Of a DNA stretch of 46,708 bases, positions 8,076 through 17,148 are shown one piece after another. How positions within the stretch are numbered: position 1 is the first letter of the stretch; every line of letters begins with the position of its first letter. The notes beneath the pieces are model-generated. The model did not search any database, had not been told where the DNA came from, and worked only from the letters and a program-made list of their open reading frames with translations. Source of the stretch: an uncultured Spirochaetaceae bacterium (GTDB lineage: Bacteria; Spirochaetota; Spirochaetia; DSM-27196; PWMO01). The stretch spans positions 29,457 to 76,164 of the forward strand of contig CAZWNS010000003.1 in the NCBI GenBank assembly GCA_964635245.1. Direction: 5' to 3'. The translations under genes and the position numbers were made by a program.

Positions 8076-10529
8076 ATGGCAAAAAAGCTCCATCAGACAC
8101 AAACGCTTCAGGCGTCGAGCAACGATGCGCCGATTGCAACATATGCCGAGAAAGAGCTCTCCTTCGACGCCGTGCGCTTCGGCATAACGGCCGAAGAGAT
8201 ATCGCGACTTGATGCCGGAGCGCAGACATTCGACGTTATCGGCCAGCCGCGGGCGCTCGAGGCGCTGCATATGGGCCTCGAAATGCAGAGCAAGGGCTAC
8301 AACGTCTTCGTCACGGGCATGCCCGGCACGGGCAAGCGCACCGCCGTCACCAAGATCATCGAGGCCTATCGTGACGACCTCTCGCGCCTGCAGGATATCG
8401 CCTTCGTATACAACTTCCGGAACCCCGATCGCCCGAGGGTGCTCTACTTCGCCCCCGGCGAGAGCCGCGTATTTCGCCAGGCGCTTATCGATGTCGTCGC
8501 CGGGGTCCGACGCCGCCTCATGATACTCTCGGACAGCCACAACTTCAAACGCAAGCGCGATCGCCTCGTGACCCAGGCCGAGGGCCAGGCAAACGCCGCA
8601 TTGCGTGAGTTCGAGGGAAAGCTCGAGCAGGAAGGCTTCAATATCGTTCAGCGGCGCGGGGAGGAAACCGAGGAGACCGACCTTGCCCCCATCTACGAGG
8701 GCGAGACCACCAGCTTCGAGGATCTCCAGCAACGGGTGAAGCTCGGCGAGCTCGACGACGACTCCTGGCACCGCATGCGCGAAAAGTACTATCGCTACCT
8801 CGACGAGCTCAACCAGATCTTCCAGCGTCTCGACTCCCAGCGCGACCAGGTCGAGAACAGCCTGCGGGACCTTCGCGTGCGGGAGGTCTCCCCCGAGCTC
8901 GACAAAGACATTCGCCGGCTCAAGCAGGAATACCCCGATGAGCGCATCACCGCATATCTCGACGATCTGCGGGAGGACATCCTGCGCCATCTCGACTGGT
9001 TCACCGGTTTCGACGATGAGGAGCAGGGGGACCCGTCGGACTTCGAGCGCTACCAGATAAACATCGTCGTCGATCACGGCGATACCACGCGCGCTCCGGT
9101 GGTCTACGAGACCAACCCCGACTATCATCGTCTCTTCGGCACGCAGGAGTACGCCCAGGAATCCGGCGGTGAGATCAAGAGCGGCTTCATGTACCTCAGA
9201 GCCGGCGCGATGCTGCAGGCATCCGGCGGCTTTCTCATCCTGCGCGGCGACGATCTTCTGACGCAGGAGGAGCTGTGGAACACCCTCAAACGGGCACTCG
9301 ACACGGGCACGACCGAGGTGCGCTCCGCCTCGGGGAGCACCCCCGTTCCGTCGGGGTTCCTCAAACCCGAGCCGGTAAAGATCTCGGTAAAGGTGATTAT
9401 CCTCGGCAGCGAGCACCTCTACGACATGCTGTACAATCACGACGAGGAGTTCGGAAAACTCTTTAAGGTACCCGCCGAGTTCGACGCATCCATGCCGCGC
9501 AACGACCGAACCACCCGGGAGTACATCAGCTTCATCCGTCTGATCGAGACCGAGGAGAAGCTGCTCCCCGCCGCCAGCGATGCTGTGGCCGCGGTCGTTG
9601 AGTACGGCGTGCGCATGTCGGAGTTCCGGGACCGGCTGAGCACGAGATTCTCTCTGGTTGCAGACCTCCTGCGAGAGGCGAACTACTGGGCTCGCAAAGC
9701 ATCCCGCGCGGAGATAGACCGCGAGGCCGTGGAACAGGCAATCGCCAAACGGATGTACTTCTCGAACCTGCCGGAAGAGAAGATCGATGATCAGATTATG
9801 TCCGGCGAGCTCCTCATATCGGTACAGAACAGTGCCGTGGGACGGATCAACGGCCTGGCCATTGTGGACCGGGGGTACTACTCCTTCGCGCGCCCCATTC
9901 TCATCACCGCGCGCACGGCGCCGGGGGAGGCCGGTATCGTCAATATCGAGCGCGAGGCCGGCCTATCCGGGGAGATTCACGACAAAGGCGTCTACATCCT
10001 CGAGGGATTTCTCCATTCCAAGTACGCCCGCACCTTCCCGCTTTCGATACACGCGAGCGTGGCCTTCGAGCAGTCCTACGTCGAGGTCGACGGCGACTCC
10101 GCCTCCTCCCCCGAAGTCTACGTGCTGCTTTCGGCCGTCGCCGAGGTACCGCTGCGGCAGGACATTGCGGTGACTGGATCGGTGAATCAAATGGGGGAGA
10201 TACAGCCGGTCGGCGGCATCAGCGAGAAGATCGAGGGCTTTTTCGAAGTGTGCAGGAAGGTCGGCCTTACCGGTCGCCAGGGCATCGTCATACCCCGCCA
10301 GAACCGCCCGAATCTCGTCCTCTCCCGCGAGGTGCAGAATGCGGTCGAGAGAGGGGATTTTCACGTCTACTCCATCGAGACCATCGACGAGGGCATGGAG
10401 ATCCTCACCGGCCTTCCCGCCGGCCGCCCCACTCAGGACGGGGGTTTCGAGCCCGGCAGCATAAACGCCCGGGTCACACGGCGGCTGCGGGAGATGGCGC
10501 AGCAGGTCAAGAGCTTCGGCGACAAGTAG
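8076..10529 (+). CDS. Lon-like (S16, LonC/AAA_32-type) protease
   Basis: IGQPRA, Walker A GMPGTGK, long coiled-coil insertion, C-terminal VDGDSAS (catalytic Ser), TGSVNQMG..QPVGG..EKIEGF (catalytic Lys). Confidence 0.9.
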   Translation: MAKKLHQTQTLQASSNDAPIATYAEKELSFDAVRFGITAEEISRLDAGAQTFDVIGQPRALEALHMGLEMQSKGYNVFVTGMPGTGKRTAVTKIIEAYRDDLSRLQDIAFVYNFRNPDRPRVLYFAPGESRVFRQALIDVVAGVRRRLMILSDSHNFKRKRDRLVTQAEGQANAALREFEGKLEQEGFNIVQRRGEETEETDLAPIYEGETTSFEDLQQRVKLGELDDDSWHRMREKYYRYLDELNQIFQRLDSQRDQVENSLRDLRVREVSPELDKDIRRLKQEYPDERITAYLDDLREDILRHLDWFTGFDDEEQGDPSDFERYQINIVVDHGDTTRAPVVYETNPDYHRLFGTQEYAQESGGEIKSGFMYLRAGAMLQASGGFLILRGDDLLTQEELWNTLKRALDTGTTEVRSASGSTPVPSGFLKPEPVKISVKVIILGSEHLYDMLYNHDEEFGKLFKVPAEFDASMPRNDRTTREYISFIRLIETEEKLLPAASDAVAAVVEYGVRMSEFRDRLSTRFSLVADLLREANYWARKASRAEIDREAVEQAIAKRMYFSNLPEEKIDDQIMSGELLISVQNSAVGRINGLAIVDRGYYSFARPILITARTAPGEAGIVNIEREAGLSGEIHDKGVYILEGFLHSKYARTFPLSIHASVAFEQSYVEVDGDSASSPEVYVLLSAVAEVPLRQDIAVTGSVNQMGEIQPVGGISEKIEGFFEVCRKVGLTGRQGIVIPRQNRPNLVLSREVQNAVERGDFHVYSIETIDEGMEILTGLPAGRPTQDGGFEPGSINARVTRRLREMAQQVKSFGDK

Positions 10530-10557
10530 GCCGCAACCTCGGCGCCTGCTTGCTTTC

Positions 10558-10585
10558 TTGACATTGATAGATTGACTCATATACT
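10558..10585 (+). promoter_or_regulatory. sigma70-type promoter for the HDOD gene
   Basis: TTGACA-N16-TATACT. Confidence 0.65.
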
Positions 10586-10621
10586 TGAAATCAAGAGAAA
10601 CCGCCGCCGGAGTGTTGCAGC

Positions 10622-12148
10622 ATGCCCCAGAAAGCCGATGAAGAGAAAGTTCTCAAGGCAGCCCGCAGTTCGATTCCCCTCACCGTAAAGTCCTACACCC
10701 TTCCGCGAGAAACCGAAGAGTACCTCGAGCAGATCCTCTTTCTCTTCCTCAAGGAGATGGGGCAGGAACAGCTCAAGGACGCCCTCTCCTACTGCCTGCG
10801 GGAGATCGCGGTCAACGCAAAAAAGGCGAATACCAAGCGGGTGTATTTTCGCGAGCGCGGCCTCGACATCCTCGATGAGCAGGATTATCAGGAGGGCATG
10901 CGGCAGTTCAAGCAGGACACCCTCGAGAACATCTCCCACTATCTTCAGTTGCAGAAGGAGGAGGGCCTCTACGTTAAGATCGTCTTTCACGCACGCGGTC
11001 GCGTTCTGCATCTCTACGTGATCAACAACACGATGATCACCAAGAAGGAGCAGATCCGCGTATATGACCGCATCGCCCGGTCACGGGCGTTCAACAGCCT
11101 CGAGGAGGCGCTGACGACGGTGCTCGACGATTCGGAAGGCGCCGGACTCGGCATCGTCATCCTCGTGCTCATGCTCAAGAAGATCGGCCTCGACGAGGAT
11201 GCGTTCGATATCGACGCGCGGGATGGAGAGACGGTCGCCCGGGTGAGTATTCCGATGTCGCAGGTTCGTCTCGAGAGCCTCGACATGATCTCTCAACGTA
11301 TCGTGTCGGAGATCGAAGCTCTGCCGCGGTTCCCCGAGAACATTGTCGCATTGCAGAAGACGATCGAGGATCCGAACTCGGAGATCGCCGAGATCGCGCG
11401 ACAGGTCAGTACCGACCCGTCGCTCACCGCCGACCTCCTGAAGCTGGTGAACTCCGCCCAGTTCATGCTGCCGAAGAAAGTCGACAACATCGTCGAGGCG
11501 GTGAAGATGGTCGGAATGCGGGGCCTTCGCAACCTCCTGTTCTTCCACGGGACGCAGAAGATACTCGGCAACGAGACGGCCGAGACCAAGCGACTGTGGG
11601 AGCATTCCTACCGCACGGCGTTTTACGCCTACCAGCTTGCCCGCAGCGTGACGCGCAAAAAGGAAATTCTCGACGACGTCTATGTCGGGGGCATCCTTCA
11701 TGACATGGGGAAGATCATCTTCTCCTCGGTCCACCCCGAGCTCATCGAAAAGATACACGGGTTCTGTCGCGAGAAGGGCATACACGAGGAGATCTTCGAG
11801 GACCTCGCGGCCGGGCTCAACCATTCGGAGATCGGAGCGATGATCGCCGAAAAATGGAACTTCCCGGAGGCGCTCGTCGCCGCGATCAAGTATCACCACA
11901 CCCCCACCACCGCGCCGATGGAGTTTCGCGACGTGGTGTTCACCGTGTACCTTGCCAACGGCCTTACCCACTACGGTGAAAAGGCACTCGGCATAGACCA
12001 GCTCGAGCCTGCCGTGCTGAAATACTTCAATGTCGGCGGCGAAGCCCAGCTCGGCCAGATCGAGCAGAAGCTCGATACGATGTTCGAGAAGGCGAACGCC
12101 CGTATGTACGACAGGGTGAGCTCCGGGAGCGCAAGCCAGAGCGCGTGA
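10622..12148 (+). CDS. HDOD-domain signalling protein with N-terminal GHKL/HATPase-like domain
   Basis: LPRFP..DPSLTADLLKLVNSA, LWEHS, LHDMGK, HSEIGAMIAEKWNFP..IKYHH (HDOD); N-terminal REIAVNA and GAGLGI boxes. Confidence 0.88.
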   Translation: MPQKADEEKVLKAARSSIPLTVKSYTLPRETEEYLEQILFLFLKEMGQEQLKDALSYCLREIAVNAKKANTKRVYFRERGLDILDEQDYQEGMRQFKQDTLENISHYLQLQKEEGLYVKIVFHARGRVLHLYVINNTMITKKEQIRVYDRIARSRAFNSLEEALTTVLDDSEGAGLGIVILVLMLKKIGLDEDAFDIDARDGETVARVSIPMSQVRLESLDMISQRIVSEIEALPRFPENIVALQKTIEDPNSEIAEIARQVSTDPSLTADLLKLVNSAQFMLPKKVDNIVEAVKMVGMRGLRNLLFFHGTQKILGNETAETKRLWEHSYRTAFYAYQLARSVTRKKEILDDVYVGGILHDMGKIIFSSVHPELIEKIHGFCREKGIHEEIFEDLAAGLNHSEIGAMIAEKWNFPEALVAAIKYHHTPTTAPMEFRDVVFTVYLANGLTHYGEKALGIDQLEPAVLKYFNVGGEAQLGQIEQKLDTMFEKANARMYDRVSSGSASQSA

Positions 12149-12259
12149 GGGCACATCATGGCATCACGAGCCGTCGGTCCCGCGGCGGTCAATCCGGCTT
12201 GACACCGCACCGGTTATATAGTAATTTCCGTATGTAATTCAGCACATACGGAGAGACTG

Positions 12260-12493
12260 ATGGCCATAAAGATCTACACGACACCTACGTGCTCCCATTG
12301 CAACGCCGCAAAGAAGTACTTTCGAGAGAACCGCATTTCCTTTACCGAGTACAACGTTGCCCGCGACATGCGCCGTGCCGATGAAATGGTAAAGAAATCC
12401 GGTCAGATGGGTGTTCCGGTGATCGACGTCAATGGTAAAGTGATCGTAGGGTTCAACAGAGCGGAGCTCGAGCGAGCACTCAAGAGGATATGA
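12260..12493 (+). CDS. glutaredoxin-like protein (YruB/NrdH type)
   Basis: YTTPTCSHC, GQMGVPVIDVNG..IVGF; TTGACA upstream at 12199. Confidence 0.92.
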   Translation: MAIKIYTTPTCSHCNAAKKYFRENRISFTEYNVARDMRRADEMVKKSGQMGVPVIDVNGKVIVGFNRAELERALKRI

Positions 12494-12494
12494 T

Positions 12495-12917
12495 ATGGCG
12501 ACGCACCACACCAAAGTCACTCATCGCGAAGGGCTGTCATTCGACGGCGAGCTCGCGGGACACAAGATCCCGCTCGACGCGGATGCGTCGGTCGGCGGTA
12601 CCGATTACGGCCCGACGCCCAAGCCTCTGCTGCTGACCTCTCTTGCCGGATGCACGGGCATGGACGTGGCCGCGATACTCGACAAGATGCAGATGCCGTA
12701 CGACAGCTTCGAGGTGCAGGTTGAGGGGGATACGACCGAGAGTCATCCGAAGACCTACAGCGCTATCCGTCTCCGGTACGTCTTCACCGGCGCCGCCCTC
12801 GACGAGGCAAAGATCGACAAGGCGGTCAGGCTGTCGCAGGAGAAATACTGCGGAGTCTCCGCGATGCTCAAGCAGGTGTCGCAGGTCGACTACGATATCG
12901 TCCTGAACCCGCAGTAG
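12495..12917 (+). CDS. OsmC/YhfA-family protein
   Basis: GPTPKPLLLTSLAGCTGMDV and LSQEKYCGVSAML with two conserved Cys. Confidence 0.92.
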   Translation: MATHHTKVTHREGLSFDGELAGHKIPLDADASVGGTDYGPTPKPLLLTSLAGCTGMDVAAILDKMQMPYDSFEVQVEGDTTESHPKTYSAIRLRYVFTGAALDEAKIDKAVRLSQEKYCGVSAMLKQVSQVDYDIVLNPQ

Positions 12918-12957
12918 CCCGCGCTCTTCTCCAGGGGCGGGTGGCGGCCGTCCGGTG

Positions 12958-13746
12958 TTACGCACTCCACCACGCGTAGGCGAGGATGCCGAAGGCCACC
13001 GACACGTTGAGCGAGCCCTTCGCCCCCGCCGTCGGTATACTCACCCGGCCCGCCGACTGCTCGGCAAGGGCGAGCGCGGCCGGAGAGACCCCGAGCTCCT
13101 CCGATCCGAGCACAACCATTCCCGGCTCCGGCAAACTCACCTCGCCGAGAAGTCGTCCGCCGGTCTCGAGAGCAAAGACCGGCGGCGCCACGCCGGCGGC
13201 GCCACGCGCTTCTTCGAGCGAACAGACCCGCCACGGTATGACCGCGGCGGCGCCCATTGACGAGCGCGCGGCGCGCGGGTGATCCGGCCGGGGCGTGTCG
13301 GGGGAGAGGTACACCGCGCGCACGCCGAAGGACTCGGCGGTCCGAAAGACGGCGCCGACGTTGTACGGTGACCTGAGATCCTCGAGGTACACGAAGAACT
13401 CACGCACACGCCGTGCCCCTCGATCGAGGCCGCCGTCGTGGGGCAACAGCAGATCCCATTCCGCCGGCTCGCGCCCGAGCTCGGCGAGCAGGGCGTTTCG
13501 AAGCGCGTCGACGGCACGACAGGGCTCCCGCGACGGCTCGCGCACTCCGCTCGCGAGCCGCGCCGCCTCGCGCAGTCTATCGCCGAGGCGCTCGTCATCG
13601 CGAAGAAGCCGCGCCAACTCCCGCAGATACCGCAGGTCCACGCGACCATTCACGACACATTCGCGCTGCAGCGCTTCGAGGAGATGCACGGTCTTTCTCA
13701 GGCGGGTCTTGCGGGGAAGGGACTGAAGCTTGCGGATCGTGATCAT
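12958..13746 (-). CDS. TrmH/SpoU-family RNA methyltransferase
   Basis: LEDLRSPYNVGAVFRTAE, VLGSEELGVS, SLNVSVAFGI SPOUT motifs. Confidence 0.92.
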   Translation of the reverse strand: MITIRKLQSLPRKTRLRKTVHLLEALQRECVVNGRVDLRYLRELARLLRDDERLGDRLREAARLASGVREPSREPCRAVDALRNALLAELGREPAEWDLLLPHDGGLDRGARRVREFFVYLEDLRSPYNVGAVFRTAESFGVRAVYLSPDTPRPDHPRAARSSMGAAAVIPWRVCSLEEARGAAGVAPPVFALETGGRLLGEVSLPEPGMVVLGSEELGVSPAALALAEQSAGRVSIPTAGAKGSLNVSVAFGILAYAWWSA

Positions 13747-13785
13747 GGTCTCCCGGGTGGCCGTCGTCGGCGGCCCGCGTTGCGA

Positions 13786-14940
13786 CTACATCGCCTGCTT
13801 CAGGAGATCGTAGAGGTCCTGGCGGGAGAAGGCAACCGCCGCATGGCCGACCATCTGAAAGCCGGCGGCGATCTCCGCGACCTCGACCATGTCGTCCAGG
13901 CGCAGGTCGAAATCCTGCAGCCGCGCCGGCAGAGACAGCTTACCGATGAGCCGTCGGGTTACGGTCGATGCCTGATTTGCATCGTCCTGATTGCTGATGC
14001 CGGGGATGTCCTCGCCGAAAGCCCGTGCGATTTTCGCAACCTTCTCCGGGCGTACGCCCGCATGATAATCGAGCACGTGCGGCAACAGCGCGGTGGCAAG
14101 CCAGGATTTGGGGATCCCGAAACGGCTGTTCATGGCGTACGCAAGCGCGCCGCCTGCGCCCTGGCTGCTTATGGAGAGACCGACCGCCGCGAGCAGCCCG
14201 GCCTCCGTCGCCCGTTCGCGGGGACCGACGCTGTCGCCGCTTCGCAGAAGATCGTCGACCGCTTCCTTGACGGTGTCGATTGCCCGGAGAAACAGCGTGT
14301 CGGAGAGGAACGCGCTGCGCTTCGACAGATACCCTTCCACCGAAGCAAGGAGAATATCCATCATCGTCGAAGCCGCATACTTGGTTGAAAGAGACATTGC
14401 CAGCTTCGGATCGTACAGCACCGAGCGTGCCACCGAGCTGTCGACGTCGATCGGCGTCGCGGTCCTGCTTTCCGCTTCGGTGATGAAGAATCGGCTCTTG
14501 AACATGAAGTGATCACGGAAACTCGTCGGCACCTCGATGAAGGGGAGCGCCGCCTCGGCCGGACGCTCTCCCTCGAGGAGACGATAGAGCGAGTTTCCGC
14601 CCGCCGCGCCGATCGCCGTCGCGCGGGCTGCGGCAAGCACGCGCATGCCTCCGAGGCCGATGACCACCTGCGTCTTGCTCGCGCGCGCGACGGAGATGAG
14701 CTCGGAGATGGTTGCGCTCGTGGTACGGAGGGGCAGATCGGCGTAGGTGATCAGATTGACGTCGCGTCGGCCACAAAGATCCTCGACCCGGCGCACCACG
14801 CCCTGCTCGCGCTGCACGGGCTCGGAAACGAGGAGCGCGCGGCTCCCGAACCGCGCGGCGGCCTGGGCCACGCGGTTCACCGCATCGTTTCCGAAGATGA
14901 CGGAAGCAGGAAGTTCAAAGACGAAGTCGTTCATTGGCAT
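13786..14940 (-). CDS. iron-containing alcohol dehydrogenase-fold protein (metal ligands degenerate)
   Basis: FELPASVIFG, IGLGG, IEVPT, YDPKL, EGYLS landmarks of the Fe-ADH family; His ligands absent (see findings). Start 14940 or 14934. Confidence 0.8.
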   Translation of the reverse strand: MPMNDFVFELPASVIFGNDAVNRVAQAAARFGSRALLVSEPVQREQGVVRRVEDLCGRRDVNLITYADLPLRTTSATISELISVARASKTQVVIGLGGMRVLAAARATAIGAAGGNSLYRLLEGERPAEAALPFIEVPTSFRDHFMFKSRFFITEAESRTATPIDVDSSVARSVLYDPKLAMSLSTKYAASTMMDILLASVEGYLSKRSAFLSDTLFLRAIDTVKEAVDDLLRSGDSVGPRERATEAGLLAAVGLSISSQGAGGALAYAMNSRFGIPKSWLATALLPHVLDYHAGVRPEKVAKIARAFGEDIPGISNQDDANQASTVTRRLIGKLSLPARLQDFDLRLDDMVEVAEIAAGFQMVGHAAVAFSRQDLYDLLKQAM

Positions 14941-14948
14941 GTGAGCAC

Positions 14949-14987
14949 AAAAAAAGCACAGACGCGGTACGGCCATCTGCGCTTTTT
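14949..14987 (-). terminator. intrinsic terminator downstream of flgM
   Basis: Minus strand GCGCAGAT-loop-GTCTGTGC followed by T7; A/T tracts on both sides. Confidence 0.65.
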
Positions 14988-15011
14988 CACTCGAAAGCTT
15001 CCTTTGCCCTC

Positions 15012-15296
15012 TTAGATGTCGAGCATATCCATGATTCGGTCGGCAACCGTATCGATCACCTTATCGTCGATGTAGTTCGGATCCTGCAGCTTTGACTTGA
15101 CCTCGGCAACCCGGTCCGCGCGCACGTCGTCGGTGGCCTTGACTTCCTCGCCGACGCGATACACCTCGGCCTTCATGCGAGCCTCGTCGGAAAAGGATAC
15201 GGAGTCCTTCCCCTCGGTACGCTTCTGCTGTTCGGCTTTGCCCGGTTGGTTGAGTTTGTGAATTGGATCAATTGGACCGAGTGGCTCAATGGTCAT
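15012..15296 (-). CDS. flgM: anti-sigma28 factor FlgM
   Basis: DSVSFSDEAR and VRADRVAEVKSKL...YID...VADRIM pattern; 94 aa. Confidence 0.88.
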   Translation of the reverse strand: MTIEPLGPIDPIHKLNQPGKAEQQKRTEGKDSVSFSDEARMKAEVYRVGEEVKATDDVRADRVAEVKSKLQDPNYIDDKVIDTVADRIMDMLDI

Positions 15297-15323
15297 TACA
15301 GAACCTTCCCTTCACCACTTATC

Positions 15324-15350
15324 ATATCGACACGCTCATGGTCAATATTA
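15324..15350 (-). promoter_or_regulatory. sigma28 (FliA)-like promoter upstream of flgM
   Basis: Minus strand TAAT-N15-GTCGATAT versus consensus TAAA-N15-GCCGATAA. Confidence 0.55.
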
Positions 15351-16028
15351 AACCTTTTTGCGAGGTGCGACAAGAACCGTCACCTCCCCCTTCACCTGTG
15401 CACGCCTCGAGAGGATCTCCGCCACCTCCCGCGCCGGTCCCTCGAGATACTCTTCGTGCACCTTCGTCATCTCCCGTCCGAGCAGCAGGCGCCTGTCGGG
15501 CTCGAGCGACGCCATATCCTCGAGCAGCTTCACCGTCCGGTAGGGCGACTCGTACAGCACGAACGCGTCGCCGGCATCGAGCAGTTCCTGCAGCCGCCGC
15601 CGGCGGCGCCCGCCCTTCGGCGAGAGGAAGCCCTCGAACCGCACGCCCTTCCCCGGATAGCCGGCCACGCTCACGATTGCGCCCAGCGCCGACACGCCGG
15701 GTATGGGGCGCACCGGAAAGCCCGCCGCTCTCACTTTCGAGACCAGCACCGCTCCCGGGTCACTCAATCCAGGGGTTCCGGCGTCGCTCACGTAGGCCGC
15801 CGTCTGTCCCGACTGAAGCCGCTCAATACATGTATCGGCCACCCTGGCTTCATTTTGAGCCCTGCAGCTCGCGAGTTCAGCGTGAATATCGAAATGTGAG
15901 AGAAGCTTGCGCGTGCGGCGGGTATCCTCGGCGAGAATGAAGTCGACCTCCCGCAGCGTTCGAACCGCCCGGTAGGTCATATCCTCGAGGTTACCGATCG
16001 GCGTGGCAACGATGTAGAGCCCGTCCAT
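15348..16028 (-). CDS. rsmI: 16S rRNA (cytidine1402-2'-O)-methyltransferase
   Basis: LYIVATPIGNLEDMTYRA, AEDTR, VSDAGTPGLSDPG, YESPYR, REMTKVHEE. Confidence 0.96.
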   Translation of the reverse strand: MDGLYIVATPIGNLEDMTYRAVRTLREVDFILAEDTRRTRKLLSHFDIHAELASCRAQNEARVADTCIERLQSGQTAAYVSDAGTPGLSDPGAVLVSKVRAAGFPVRPIPGVSALGAIVSVAGYPGKGVRFEGFLSPKGGRRRRRLQELLDAGDAFVLYESPYRTVKLLEDMASLEPDRRLLLGREMTKVHEEYLEGPAREVAEILSRRAQVKGEVTVLVAPRKKV

Positions 16029-16115
16029 GCGGTCCACTATACCCTCCCGGGCCGGAATTCGCTATGATGGGGTCGATATCGGAAACGGAGGCGCAGCATC
16101 TATACCCTCGTTCTC

Positions 16116-16604
16116 GTGGTACTTGCAGCAATCGTCGGCTATCTCGTCTATACCATTGTCAAGCTGCGGGATTCGGACTACTCGGTTCTCGCCAATCGGA
16201 TGGCGACGCGCAGCCGCAAGTCCTTCGAGGTGCTGAAGCCCTGCCCTATCTGCAACACGATGCTGCGCCGCGGTGAGCGGCTCCACACCGTTGTCTACAC
16301 CGCAGGCGGCCGGGCACAAAGCCGTCGGGCGCAGGGCGACGCGGGTTCCCGGGCCGCGGATAGCCGGGCCGCGGGTTCCCGGGCCGCGGATAGCCGGGAC
16401 GAAGACACGCTGACGCACATCTTCGGGTGCCCGTACTGTTACCCGCCCGATGACGAGCACCCGCGCTACTGCCCGGTGTGCGAGCGCAAACTCCGACCCG
16501 ACGATTACGTTATCGCGCGGATGTTCAACCGCGCCCCGCGCAGCCATGTTCACGTGCTCGGCTGCACGCAGTGCCGTGGCCCCGGGAGCCGGGCGCGCCG
16601 ATAA
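16116..16604 (+). CDS. membrane-anchored multi-CxxC (zinc-finger-like) hypothetical protein
   Basis: N-terminal TM helix; CPIC, CPYC, CPVC and HxxGCxxC motifs; true start may lie upstream (16098). Confidence 0.75.
   Translation: MVLAAIVGYLVYTIVKLRDSDYSVLANRMATRSRKSFEVLKPCPICNTMLRRGERLHTVVYTAGGRAQSRRAQGDAGSRAADSRAAGSRAADSRDEDTLTHIFGCPYCYPPDDEHPRYCPVCERKLRPDDYVIARMFNRAPRSHVHVLGCTQCRGPGSRARR
16341..16400 (+). repeat. in-frame tandem repeat, 30 bp x2 (15-bp subunit x4)
   Basis: gcgggttcccgggccgcggatagccgggcc followed by the same unit ending in ac; encodes AGSRA-ADSRA-AGSRA-ADSRD. Confidence 0.9.
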
Positions 16605-16697
16605 CGGCTCCCGGCGCGCCGATAACGCAGGGCCACCGCGACGCGGCACTTCAACGTGAGGCACCTCCCGTGGTATGTTCCCGATCAGGAGTGAGCT

Positions 16698-17045
16698 ATG
16701 CCTGAAGAAACCCTGTTCGACCAGATCCTCGCCGGAAGCGTACCTTCGGAAGCCGTCTACGAGGACGACGACGTATACGCCTTCAGAGACATCAACCCCC
16801 AGGCTCCCGTTCACGTTCTCGTGATCCCGAAGAAGAAGCTCGAGAGCTTCGCCGACATCCGCAGCGCCGACGCCGACGCGGTCGGAGCCTTCATGAAGGG
16901 CATCTCGCGTGTGGCAGCAGAGCTCGGGCTCGAAGAGAAGGGATACCGGGTGGTGTTCAACACCGGTCCCGAGGCACAGCAGTCGGTGCTGTACCTGCAT
17001 GCCCACATCCTCGGCGGCCGTCAGATGAGCTGGCCCCCGGGCTGA
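16698..17045 (+). CDS. HIT-family (HINT/HinT-like) nucleotide-binding protein
   Basis: AFRDINPQAPVHVLVIPK, GYRVVFNTG..AQQSV.YLHAHILGGR; AGGAG RBS. Confidence 0.93.
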   Translation: MPEETLFDQILAGSVPSEAVYEDDDVYAFRDINPQAPVHVLVIPKKKLESFADIRSADADAVGAFMKGISRVAAELGLEEKGYRVVFNTGPEAQQSVLYLHAHILGGRQMSWPPG

Positions 17046-17056
17046 CCCGGCCCGCC

Positions 17057-17107
17057 CCGCCCGCCGCCCGGGCCGACCCCGGCTGCCGCCCGCCGCCCGG
17101 GCCGACC
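17057..17107. repeat. 22-bp direct repeat x2 (29-bp period)
   Basis: ccgcccgccgcccgggccgacc at 17057-17078 and 17086-17107. Confidence 0.85.
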
Positions 17108-17148
17108 TGCGGTTGAATGCCCCGTGCGGGCATGGTAGATTCGGCCCC

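Noticed and set aside
16341-17107. Short repeats as a possible CRISPR array
   Set aside because: Only two copies each, no unique spacers of regular length, and no cas genes.
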